From: Rhynchobatus australiae
Lineage: Eukaryota
Direction of reading: 5' to 3'
Length of the DNA: 64,000 nucleotides
NCBI GenBank assembly: GCA_034780895.1
Contig: JAUZTB010000094.1
Span: 2,023,246-2,087,245, forward strand
The notes under the pieces were generated by a model. It did not search any database and was not told the DNA's origin. It saw nothing but the letters and a program-made list of their open reading frames with translations. Both the position numbers and the translations under genes were made by a program. Within the stretch, counting starts at the first letter, position 1. Each line of letters opens with the position of its first letter. Below are positions 13,201 to 26,600 of this stretch, in pieces.

Positions 13201-16200
13201 TTCTGGCTATCCTGTCTAAACCGGTCACAATTTTGTCCCCTGTATCAAACCTGCTCTCAACCTTCTTTGCTCCAATCGGAATAATCCCAGTTTCTCCAGC
13301 CTGACCTTGGCGTGGAAATCCCTCCTAAACAAAACAGTAAATCTTCTCTGCACCTTCTCCAGAACCTTGTCCTTCTTAAAACACAGTGACCAGAGCTGGG
13401 CACCAAACTCCAATTGCAACCTGAACAGTGTTGTGTAAAAGTTCAATGTAACCTCTCTGCTTTTGTACTCTCTTTCTCTAGTCACACCCAGGATCCCATG
13501 TGCTTTATTAACCACCCTCTCAACATATTCTGTCACATATGTACATGTAAACTCTTTGTTCCTGCACATCCATTGGCACTGTGCCACTTGGTCTGCATTC
13601 TCTCACGCTGTTCCTTCAGCCAAAGTGCGTCATGCTTTTCTACTAAATTTCACCCTCCACTTATCTGCTAGCATGGGCAGAGTGGGCCAAGTGGCCTCAT
13701 TCTGGGCCATTGAATCTGTGAAGTGGAGGCAAAGAAGCCAATTCCTTTCACCTCAAGAGGGTCTGTCCTTGTCCAGCTGCTTGCTGTTGGTTGTAGGGTG
13801 ACCTCAACAGAGGCCAGAAGGCAGCCTGCCTGCCCAATCCCCTCAGCCAGGACCACTGCGTGATTCAGAGACACATCACGGTGAAGGAAAGAAAATGATG
13901 AATGACTATTTTGAAAATAAGTTTCACTTTAAATTTTTGACTTCCAATTAATGAAGATACTGTCTTTGTCAGGTGGAAACGTGAGATCAGAATAAAGACT
14001 GTGGGAAATCGTCTGCATGGGGAAACCACCTATTATGCTCCCTGTGGAAAGAAGTTGCGTCAGTTCCCCGATGTTATTAAGGTAATTACTCTTTTTAAGG
14101 AAAAAACCCCTACTGTATAATGTGATTAGGTATCTGGTGTATAAGATCTCAACTCACCTTTGGGAGATCCCACTGTAAAGGCGTTTATTCCTGTCTGCCT
14201 TTCTCCTTCCTCTCCTGAGAACACTATCTTCTGATTGGAATGGGGTGCTGTCCCTCTTAATTCTTACCAGTGCTGTTTTTTATCCATGAATCCCAGGGCA
14301 GAGGAAGGTGGTGGCTATTTGAAGGCAGTAGGTTTTGGGGAGTGCACCCAAGCTGGGATGCTGCCTCCGCCCAAGAACACCAAACCTCCTGAGGTCATTC
14401 GCTATCAGAAACAGGAACAGGGATGGGTCTCCCTCCCCCTTGGCCTGGGAATCACATCACTAGGATTTTTGCCCAACTTGGCTCTGGTGACTGGTTCAAT
14501 ACAGTGTTGGGTGTGCTGGGTCATGGGGAGAGTTGCTTTCATGGTTTCTGGACCTTGGACGTTTGTGCACGTAATGAATAGAAGGTGCACAGCCCAGCAC
14601 TGGAAAGCCCTGGCTTCAGTCCTTGACCTAAGATGGTTGCTTTCAGCCAGGGCACCATAGATGGGCCCCAACACCATCTATCTCCCCACCACTAAGCTCT
14701 GCCCTCTGTGTTAGCAAGAGGAAAATTGGCTTGGACCCACACTCTGCAAGGTGCTGGGTGAGGAGAGCGCTGGGCATCTTTAATATCATCCTGTGATCAC
14801 CACTCTGGGCTTGGATATAACACACTGACCAGGGCACAAGAGGGCAGGCAGCACCCAGGAAACTGGGCTGCAGCCAACACAGAGTCATGGTCTCGTGAGG
14901 AAGAGATGCCAGAAAAATTGTGGAAAAATAAAGTCATTTTTCTTGAAAAGGCAGTTTCATTCCAGGGAACATTGTTCTACAATAGGCCAGTAGGCCATTA
15001 GTTCCCACCCTTCTTTTGAATTCTAAAGAATTTTTTTATGTGGGCAAACAGATACTGATCTCTGAGCATGATTGTTGCAAAGTATGCCAGGCCTGCCAGT
15101 CAGTCAGTCCAATTTATATTGTTGCCCATGCCATGTTGCTCTTTCATTGCCAGGAAGGGTGGGGGCAAACTACAGTATACCTTTTCACCCTCACTAGTAC
15201 AGCTGTTCTTGGCAGTTCAATCACTGCCCAGGTATGATTTTGCTTCGTGATTGCGAGGCACTCTCGTGTAATGGCGGTGGCAGGAATCAATGAGAATTTC
15301 CCAAGAGGCTGCCTTGTTCAGTTGCTGACATTTGACGGAGATTTATTAATGAGTCCAACACCGTGTGGCTCCGAAGTCTCGGATTCCCTTCATCCATCAT
15401 ATGCTTCACTAAAGAGAGTCCAAACCTTATTAGTGATGGAAAAGTATTTCAGTATCTTTCCACTCATGACAGCCTTCCCTAAGGAGGTCACTTGGCCTTG
15501 TAATTTTAAATTGTAATGTAGCAAGGTATTTTAAACCTTGGGGTTTACACTTTTACAAACCATAGAAGCTCTTTCATGTGAGAATCCTAACAGCACTGAG
15601 TGAGAGAAGTCTGATACAGTTAACCCCAAGAGACACCTGCTACCACTTTGCCACCTTAAGTCAACCCACACAAACACTCAATCGGAAATTGATAAAGGGG
15701 ATCATTTTTGTTTTTCAGTACCTGATCCGAAATGAGATAACAGAACTCGGTCGGGAACATTTCAGCTTCAGTCCCAGGATGAATGTGGGAGAGTTTTTTG
15801 AAATGAAAGAAAATCCTGAGGTTTGTATCACCTTCTGGTCTGGAACAGAAAGTATTCCCTCGAAACTTGTCCGTAGACAGCAGGGCTAAACACACTGTCT
15901 GGCATCAGTGCTAGCACTCTGCCTCCAAAATCCAGCTCCATTGGTGTCCGTGGAATGAATTCTGGGAGCAGAATACAAGCACCACCTCTATCATACCACA
16001 GCAATTTCTAGGCAAACAACTTTCACCTGAGTCTCAGTGTCTGCTTCCAATTCTAACTAAAATTTGAGATTAGAACAAGCTGCTGGGAAAAGAGCTTTTA
16101 CACCACTACTGTTCCCCAGTGTTTTGGGTATGGATGGAGGGGTCTTCACTCAAGATTCAGCCCACACACCTTTGTGATTTTGCTTAGGGGACTTGGAGGG

Positions 16201-19200
16201 TGGTGGGGGGTGGTAACTGCTAACCCTCCCTCTCTCCTTATGTCGAACCGTTTGCCTTTCGACTGCATCTGTCAGGATTAAGAGAAAGGAATGTCAGGAC
16301 TAATGGGAGTGCCCCCAGATCCTTCCAGTCTCTGCCCAGCCCATTGTCATTGCAAACCACTGGCATCCACCTATAGATCACACCTTAAACAAGTTGTATT
16401 TTATACACAGACAAAAGCCTGTTTCCTCCCGCCATGTGTCCATATGAACCAGCGATCTCTGTCTGATTTCTTCAGGGTGACCAGTGGTACAAGCTCAGTG
16501 CTGAAGAAACCCCTTTGCGGATTCAAGCTATGATGAGCAGACGGGGACGGCCGCCAAATTCCAACAAGCAGTGGGTCCAGAAACTGTCCCTGCTCAAGCG
16601 GGGTAAAGGAAAATCACGAAAGACCAGGACAGTGACCCTCCTTGACAGCAGTGATGCCAAACTCATGAAAAAACTTGAACAGCAAGGTACAATCTTATTC
16701 CATTCCCTTTCTGAAAAGAACAAATCCCTTTGTGAGGTCCTCCACACTTCTATTTACTGCTTTCCACGCCACTCAAACTTTAATTCCCCATTTTCTTCCT
16801 TTCTGCTCCTGTAGCTCCTTGACCCATGTTGTGGTAGCTCCAGGGTCCTGGTGCCCGCCTGGTTATTCTTCATTTGTGCGTTTACACCATGGATTCTGTT
16901 CTCATCACACTACCACACCCATGCATGTCAAAGTAACTGGTGCACTGGCAGCTGGGCATCCAGATTTTTTTAACCCCTCACTAGCACAAGTGTCATTGCA
17001 CCCTCCTGTTGCTAGGTAGGTTGACGCAGTCCCATACGAGGTTGTTCACTGAACCACAGGAAGATGTCCTCCTCTTCCTGGTCTCTCCCTTGGTCACTTC
17101 CCATTCCCCATTTGAGAGCACAGGGGAACATCCTGTTCCCAAGCTTTTCCCACCTTGAGTGGAGCAAACAGGCTGCCTCACTTCACCATGTCCTTTGGTG
17201 AAGTGACTGGGAGATGATAGCACTGTGCATTCTGTGTCAGTAGATCGTGGGTTCAAGTTGTACTCCAGAGCTGGGGAGCAAGAATCTGGGCTGGTACACC
17301 CAGCGCAGTACCGTGGGAGTGCTTCCTTGTTAAACTGAAGCCTGTTCTCTCGGGTGGATGTAAAATGTCCCATGGGACTTCTCAAAGAAGATCGAGGGAG
17401 TTCTCCCCAGTGGCCTGATCCTTATCTATCCCCCATCACCAAAACGGATTATCTGGCCATTATCACTTTGCTATTGGGGGGAGCTTACTGTGTGCAACTC
17501 ACTTGCCAAGTTTCTTACAAAAGTGACCACACTTCAAAAAGTGCTCGGTTGGCTGTGATGCAGTTTGGGGGCACATAGAAAGGTGCTGTAGAAATGCATG
17601 TTCCAATACTTTCACTGGGCAGGCACGGTAGTGTAGCAGTTAGCATAATGCTATTACTGTCACAATGTTGAGCAAACTCAGAACCCAAATGCGGCACACT
17701 GATACAAGACTGGAGTCAGGATACTTCCTCAGGACAAACACAGGCAGTAACTGGAANNNNNNNNNNNNNNNNNNNNNNNNNNNNNNNNNNNNNNNNNNNN
17801 NNNNNNNNNNNNNNNNNNNNNNNNNNNNNNNNNNNNNNNNNNNNNNNNNNNNNNNNTTATGCTAGGCCCCTGATGGGGCTCAGGTGTGTATTGTTATGTA
17901 ATCAGTCCAGCATGGAATCCACGTGCTGGACAATAAGGCATTAATGGAGCCAAATTGAGGGCCAGAACTCAGAACCATGACAATTACAGCACCTGTAACC
18001 CGGGTTCAATTCCCACCATTGTCTGTAAGGAGTTTGTACATTCTCCCCATGTCCGCGTGGGTTTCCTCCAGGTGCTCCAGTTTCCTCTCATGTTCCAAAG
18101 ATGTATGGGTTAGGAAGTTGTGGGTGTGCTACGTTGGCGCCAGAAGAGTGGCGACACTTGTGGGCTGCCCCCAGAACACTCTATGCAAAAGATGTATTTC
18201 ACTGTATGTTTTGATGTACATGTGACTAATAAAGGTATCTTATCTTATCTTACAGTCAAAATCTTTGCGTCCAACCAACCTCCTGCTTATTAATTAGCAT
18301 CACACAGCACAGAAACAGGCCCTTTGGCCCACTGAATCAGTGCCTACCATCAACCACCCATTTACACTGATCCCATTTTATTCTCCCCACACTCTCATCA
18401 ACTCCCGCAGACTCTACTCCTCACCCACATATTGGGGTCAATTTGCAGTGGCCAATTAACCCTCATGTTTTTAGAGTATGCGGCACCAGGGGAAGCCCAT
18501 GCAGTCACGGGGAGAACATGCAAACACCACACAGATAGCGCTGGAGGTCAGGATTGAACCTGGGTCACTGGATCTGCACCTCTGTGCCCCCCCAGTTACT
18601 CTAACAGATATTTGTGCCAGCCTCCTGATTACAAGTAGCATCCTTGCACCAGATATTGGGGTGTATCAAACATCCTTCACCCACTTCACGCTTTGAATTT
18701 AGTGGAGCAACTGAAGTGAGGGAAGGGAGCCACTGAAACATGTCCTGTGATGCCTGGATGTAGGCCTGGCAAGGACACCCACTGGTACATGGCAAGACTT
18801 GAAGCTTTCAATTTACAAACTGTTCATTTCTATTGAAAAATTAAATGGTAAGCAAGGGCATTTTGGTGGAAAAAGAGTTATCTTTGGACCTTTCTTTGGA
18901 GAATTCCTCTAAAGATCCCACATGACCCTGTCTATTGATGCAAGTGCTGAGTATCTATGTCACCCTCAGTCACAAATCCCTGTGGAAGTCACCACACGAG
19001 GAGTGCATGGCCGTGTGCCAAATAATATTGCCCTCTGTGATGCCGACTGTATCTGCTCTTGTTCCTGTTTTCTGTTTTCCTGCTTGCAGCTCCATAAACT
19101 CCTGTCAAGTGGGGTTTTAACATGCCAGTCATAGGTCAGATTCTGGCTAATCCTGTGGGATTTCTGCTCATTTATGAGACTAAAGGACTGACTGTAGAGA

Positions 19201-20611
19201 GGCTCCCTCAGGGTTTTCAATAATGGATTCTTCTGCTCTCTGTTCAGCATTTCGCCATGAAGCCCCATAAACAGGTTATTCTATAGTTAAGGCTAATTTG
19301 AATTATGCTTTGGCCTTGCTGAAGCAGTGCTCACATTTTATTGCATTCATCTGCATCCTGATTGTCTACAACATTAGCAAGGCGATTAGGGGTGAGGTAC
19401 TTGCCAGAGGGAGGGGCTATTGGGTGTAGCCTCCTCTCCCTTTCAGTTTATCTTTACAAGGCTGGTGGCAGGGCGTCACTATTCGAGGGCTGGCAGCAGG
19501 TGAAGTACCCACCCGAGCAATGAAGGTCAATCTTCGCCCATCTCCCCTGTTCCTGCACCCCAGACAGACCTTTAGCATTTTGCCATAGGGAACATTTTGT
19601 GTTTGTCAGTCCAGGGCACGTTGCCCAATTTGTATGGGTGGTTGATCTGACCCCAGTCTCTCAACTCCCACTGTGCTAGACCTGAATATTGCCACACCAG
19701 CCATCCTATTTTTACAGTTAGTTTGGACACGTAGTAATGGAAAACTGATTGATTAATCCAGTTCTCTTTGTGATTTAACTTTTAGCTGTTCTGAATCCAA
19801 AAGAGACGCAGATACTGAAAGCATTGATGAATAAATTGAAGCAAAAGGTATTTGAAACTGGAAACCTCATTAAAGCCTTGTTAGAATTTAGTCAGTGGGG
19901 GGACTGGATGCAGGTGGTGGGTTTGAGTGTAGCCCAACCAACAAGGGGAAAGGGCCTTCTCTCACTCCAACAGCTACATGAAATGCGTTTGGGTGGGTGT
20001 TTGATGCAGTTACCTGGAGACTTGAGTACGTTGGAAATGAAATGTAATTGGGTGATAACAAACATTAATTGGCTAAGTTTGTCAGAGACTGCAAGGCCAG
20101 TGTGTGTGGTGAACTGCCACACTGACTGATGTCCGAATATGTCTGACCTTTCCTGAGTCAGAGAAAGCTCTTATTTGAATCGAGCCTGCGTCGGCAAGGT
20201 CCCAACACTGAGTTCAAAGTGGTAAAATTTAGATCCATTGGTTCCCATCCCCCTTCAGAGCTTTGAAGGGGAACAGGAGGAGGCCATTCAGCCCCATTGG
20301 CCCTGCTTAATAATGCTGTGGCTGGTCTATACCACTGATACTTTCACATCCCTTGCTACCCCTATCTGTGCCGTGCCAGTAGTTGTATCCAGTAGCATGG
20401 TCAAAGTGATATTGCACGTTGGCACAAGGATATCCAATCAAGCACACTTGAGAAAGTGCCACCTTGCTGTCTGACTCCCCTAATGGTTCAGTTAGTCAAC
20501 GTAGCCTGTCGCAAAGCAGCAGAATTCTGGAGCTTCCAGGTTCTGTGCTGACCTCAAATGGGGTAACAGCAGGAGGGCAGTAAAATTGGCTAATGTTCTC
20601 CCTCTGACGAA

Positions 20612-20652
<41 letters not shown>

Positions 20653-23600
20653 CATGCCTGTGTGAGTGTGCCCCTGGTGAGGTCCACCATCTGAACTGTC
20701 CAGTGTGTGACACAGAAAGAGTGCCAGGCAAGGCACCGGCAGCTGTACAGTGGTGGCATGAGCACCTTCAGCAAGGTGAGAAAGGTTGAGTGAAAAAAGG
20801 TTGAGCAATACCCTGCTAACTTTGCCTTCTTTCCAACAGGGGCCAACTAAGATGCAAAAGGCAAACAGGATGAAAGAGGAGAAGGAGATGAAGAGGCAGC
20901 AGAAACTGAAGCAGCAGAGACTGCAGCTCCTGCACGAGATGAAGAAACCCACCGAGGACCTGTATCTGACTGATCACAAGGTAGTCATTCAGAGCAAAGA
21001 GGGGCCACAAAGTAACTGTCAAAGGAAAGGTCCATGGTAGCAATCTGTTTTATCTAAGACACCATATATACAATTTATCCCACAAATGTCACAACTTCAA
21101 GATGTGTCCATCAGGTAGTCAGTGTCACAGAGCCATTCCACTGTATAGGGATTGGAGCTTGGTTCTGACATACACATCATAAGAAGGGTGAACCTTCAAT
21201 TCTTCCATGAAATATGTGAGGGAATACCTGAAGCCTGTTCTTATGCCCACACTGGTACCTTGGGTTTGATCAAAGAACGTGGTATGAAGTGGGAATCAAA
21301 ACTGCTGTCATTATGGTTGATGCAGATGAGTGTCACAGGCAGTGTAAGTGGTGGGCCAGTAGACAACACTGAGCTTCTGAGTCAGAAAATTTGAATTCAA
21401 GTCCCACTTCAGAGATTTGAGCTCAAAATTCTATTCCATGCAGTGCTGAGGGGGTGTCACACTGTGGGAGGGGCAGTACTGAGGGAGTGCCACACTGTAT
21501 CGTGGGAGGGGTGGTACTGAGGGAGTGTCGCACTGTGGGAGGGGTGGTATTGAGGGAGTGCTGCAATGTGGGAGGGCAGTACTGAGGGAGCTCTGCACTG
21601 TGGGAGGGGCGGTACTGAAGGAGCACTGCACACTGGGAGGGGTGGTACTGAGGGAGGGTCACACTGTGGGAGGGGCAGTACAGGGAGGGTCACACTGGGA
21701 GGGGCAGTCCTGAGGGAGGGTCACACTGAGGGGGGAAGTACTGNNNNNNNNNNNNNNNNNNNNNNNNNNNNNNNNNNNNNNNNNNNNNNNNNNNNNNNNN
21801 NNNNNNNNNNNNNNNNNNNNNNNNNNNNNNNNNNNNNNNNNNNCACACTGGGAGGGGCAGTACTGAGGGAGGGTCACACTGAGGGGGGCAGTACTGAGGT
21901 AGGGTCACACTGGGAGGGGCAGTACTGAGGGAGGGTCACACTATGGGAGGGGCGGTACTGAAGGAGTGTCACACTGTGGGGAAAATCAGGTGGAGGGAAG
22001 AGATCTGTTTAATTTTGCCCCAACTAACTAACAATATGGTAACAGATGCTATAATAACTTGGCTACAGTGTGTATGGAAGTCCAGTAAAATAATATCTAC
22101 TCCTGGCATTTTTGTGTTTGCAGCCTCTACCAGAGTTTAACCGCATTGCAGGCCTGGTCCTTTCCGGCCGTGCCTTTTCGGACTGTCTCACAGTGTTTGA
22201 GTTTTTGCACACCTACGGCAAGGTGTTAGGTTTCAATGTCCTCAAAGACATGCCTACCCTGAACACACTCCAGGAAGGTCTGCTGAACGTTGGGGACACA
22301 GTGGGCAGTATCCAGGACCTGCTGATTAAATTACTCCACATTGCGATAGTTAATCCAGGATTGCCTAATCAATACCAGGTACGGATCCTGAAGCACTGCT
22401 GAATGTCTTGCAATCTCTCCACCAAAGCTACACAACGGAAAGTGTAGTGGCACAGATAGAACATTAGTTGATGGTCTTGAAAAGTGGGCCAATGGGTGTA
22501 GCTTAGAGGGCTTGAACTTCATTAACTACACAGAGGTACGGTGTTTGGCAAGCAGGGAGAAGGACTATGAAAGACTTCAGGACATAGACAGGTCGCCCAT
22601 CTGTTTTATGTAGAGGAATGTGAGGTAATGTATTTAGACAGATGTACACTCATTGTGAAGTGGGTGGATCATCCAAATAAGCAGAGAGACCAAGAGATTC
22701 AGAGACATAATTCACTGGCAGTGTGTGGGCAGGTAAAGTCATTTTGTAGTTTAGAAATAGAGGCACGACACACAGTGATAAAAATGGATAATGAGGTTGC
22801 AGAAGATGATGGTGAGGCCACAGCTGGAGTGCTGCGTGCAGTTTTGGCCCTTTCTGGAAAGGATATTAGAGCACAGAGACAGATTCATTGGGATAATCCA
22901 AGAGATGGAGACTGTAAGGAAATACTTGAGATATGGATTTGCACAGATGCAGAGGAGGCTACGAGGGGATTTGACTGAGTTTTTAAATGATGAAGGGTAT
23001 TGAAAGGAAAGGCACCGCTTATTCCTTCTGAGAATTTTCAAATCACAGCGTCAAATCCCTTTGCAATCTCTGTAACAGCCAGCACCATGATCCTCCCACT
23101 CTGCAAACAAACTCTGTTTCTCTATCACTGGCCTTAAATACAACACCCGCCTCCTTTTACCTGCACACCCCACTTCCTCCCCTGATTCTGCTTCCTCCCA
23201 CCTCGTTTTAAAACCTACTTCTGATGAAACTGTTGATCCCTGCTCCCAGGTGCATGTGCAGATTAAGGAGATTAAACAGGTTAAAGACACACACAATGCA
23301 TGTAATGTAATGGTGCGTGAGTGTTAAATATAGACCCCAAAAGCGGTCTGATTTGAATTCCCACATGTGCCCCTGACCCTTTCTAAATTCTCCTCCTGTT
23401 ACCAGTAACACCTCTCTGAAGCACCTTGAGACATTTTCCTGCATGAGAGGTGCTTTACCAATGCAAGTTGTTGTTGTGTGAGTCAGCACTCACAAACCCT
23501 TTCCAGAAGAGGGAGGCAATGGAATGGAACGTCACCTTTCATCAACTTCCACATTAGAAAGATGAGCAAGGGTTGGAAGATTATGTTCCAGGGCAACAGC

Positions 23601-26600
23601 ACCTCAGTGTGGCACTGTGAACAGAACAGCGAAGGTTCTTCAACACTAACCAGCCCACTAGCTGTGAGGAGGTTAGGAACACCTCATAAATGTAAAAAAT
23701 GGCACATAAATGTCTTTGTCTCTGTCTTTAACCTTCCTGTGTATAAAACACTGCAGCCTTTTGGAAGCAGACTTCATTCTGTGTATGATCCAATGCCAGC
23801 ATATGTGCAGTTCTGTATGCAGCACTCTCCACAGGCTGTTATTCTCCATGTAACCCATTTCCCCTACCTGCTGTGCACCCCATGTGTTATCCCTCTGTGT
23901 AATCCCTTCACAGTAGAACCTTGCTACACTGTTGTGGTGTTAGACTGGGAAATGCATTGACTGATAAATAATATATGTTACCTTCATGTGCTGTTTGTTT
24001 CAATGGTTCTATAGTTCACAGCAAGTAATAACTAATCCATTCCTTTACTTTACTAGTCAATTACACTTCTAAGGGAGCGAATCCGTGATGTTCAGATCAC
24101 CAGGAATAATGTGTCAGAAGTACTACGGATTTTCCTGGAAGCTTACGGTGTGGAAACAGAGCTATGTGAAAGTCTGAAGAGCAAATCGTTCCAGGCACAC
24201 TCTTCTGAGAAAAAGGCTTCGGTGCTGGCCTTCCTCGTCAATGAGCTGCTGGAAAACAGCTTGGTCATAAGGTAAGTGATGAATATGGGGCGTGCTTCCC
24301 CTATAGCAAGAACTGCTTAAACACCCAAACAAAAAGCCTAGCCAGTTAGCCATAGGGTGATAGAGCACAGAAACAGGCCCTTTTGCCTGCTGATTCCATG
24401 CCGACCATCAACCACCCACTAATTCTACACTGATCTTATCTTATGCTCCGCACATTCCCATCAACTCAGATTCTATCCCTCACCTACACGTTAGAAGTAA
24501 TTTGCAGCAGCTAATTAACCTACCAGTGATTGCGTGATAGAGTTGTACATCACAGAAATAGGCCCTTCAGCCCACATATCCATGCTGACCATTGTACTTA
24601 TCCATACTTGTCTCATTTACCCACCTTTTTTGTCAGTAGCCTTCTATGCCCTGGTGATTCAAGTGATTACATACCCTTGGGATATGGGAGGAAACCAGAG
24701 CACCCAGGGTTTCTTGACGTGCTGAGTTGGTTGGTTGTTTCTTCTCTCCTAGTTCTGGAATGTGGCATCAGAACTCTAGGAACATAGTTTCTTCACAAAT
24801 GTCCAGGGCCGATTTTTCCACTTTGTCTCAGAGTCGATGCCAAGACATTTGAGATGAAGAACTGATCCGAGTAGGAAACTGAAGGTATGAACCTGTATCT
24901 GGTGAGATAGGAAGTACCAAGTCAGCCTGGACCACAGTCTTGGTTGGTTGAGGGGCAAATTTGTAAGGTGCTTGCCCTCTGAACCAGTGAGTGGGAATGG
25001 ACAACCTAAAAGAAAACACATAATCAGGAAAAATAGAATTCAAAGACAGCGTATATAATACACATTCAAAATCCTATGCTATTAAAGCATGTCTCTCTGT
25101 TTGCTTTAACTCGGTGTAGGGAAATTGATAAAAACCTGTGCCAACGAGCCAACATTCGGAAGAACAAGTGGATTGTGGATGGCAAACTCAGGAGGTAAGG
25201 CCTCATTCTGAAGCAAAATAAATGTAACTTAAAGAATGAGACACCAAATAGTGAGGGTGTGTCTGTAGTCTGTGTGTTTGTCCACACGTGTGTGACCACA
25301 TCAGATTGGCTTTGGCTATGATGGCCTCCACTGCCAACGTACATTCACCAGATGTGAATTATTTGCACCTATGCTCTGGCCTAAAGTTGCAGGATGTGAG
25401 ATGAAAAAAGTAGAAGGTGGGGGTCTTTTTGGTTTCTCTGCATGCACCAGCTGGCATTGCCTTTCCATGCCTGCCTAGCTCTGCCAAGCTGCTGAAATTG
25501 GTATACTATTAACAGGGCACTGAAGTGAAAGGCTTTTCTTTTTGGTCTGAATTTCTCCTGGTTATTGGCAGGTTACGGAGAACTCTGGCAAAGAAGAGAG
25601 GATTTGAAAAGCTCAAAAGCATCATGGAAGACAGGCGGCGGAAACAAGGAATCAGTTCTGAAGTCGACCACACCAGCACATCTGTGGGCAATGGGGACGA
25701 AGAGAGGGTGAAGGAGTGTACCAGAGGCAAATCGTCAGAAAAAAAGACTGAAGGAATTAAGACGGTAAATGACATTTCAGGCTTTTTTCATCACCTTTGT
25801 ATAACTTCCCTTCTGTGCCATGTATACTCCAACAGGGTGGCACAGAGACGCAACTGGTGGAACCACTGCCTCACAGTGCGAGAGAACCGGGTTCAATCCT
25901 GACCTCTGGTGCTGTCTGTGTGGAGTTTGCACTTTCCCCCAGGTGCTCTGGTCTCCTCCCGCATCCCAAATATGTGTGGGTTGGTGGGTTAATTGCTCAC
26001 TGTAAATCATCCCTAGTGTGGTGCAATCTGGGGGAAGTTGAGGGGAATGTGGGGAGAATAAAACGGGATTAATACGGGATCAGGATAGGTGGGTGCTTTA
26101 TGGTCAGCATGGACTCAGTGGGCCAAAAGGCCTGTTTCCATGCTGTATGACTCAAACGACATCCATTTATAACAGACCATTTACTGTAGCAAAACAGAAG
26201 TAGCTCATATGTGAAATGTGATTGTCAGGACTGTTAGCTGGCATTGTGTGCGAAAGATAGCAGTGTTCCTGCCCACATTAGTCTCTGCATCCTCTCCAAC
26301 ACACGTAATTCATTCAGTGGAAGCAATATCCATTCATACAGAGCATTTAATGTAACACAATGTCCCCGTGGGATTTCATGGCAGCATTTGTCAAACAAAA
26401 AAGTTGGTGCCATACCACAGAAAGAGCTCTCAGGGCAGATGACCTTCAGCTTGGTCAAAGCGGTAGGTTTTAAGGGGTTTCTTTAAAGGAGGAGAGAAAG
26501 AGCTGGAGAGATTTGGGGAAGGACAGGCAGTTGCCACTGGTGGAAACAGGATAATTAAGAGATCAGAATGAGAGGAGCACAAAGCTATTGGACCATTATA

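Noticed and set aside
21440-21980. Regular ~32-bp repeats superficially like a CRISPR array
   Set aside because: Units are contiguous with no unique spacers, there are no cas genes and the context is a vertebrate intron.
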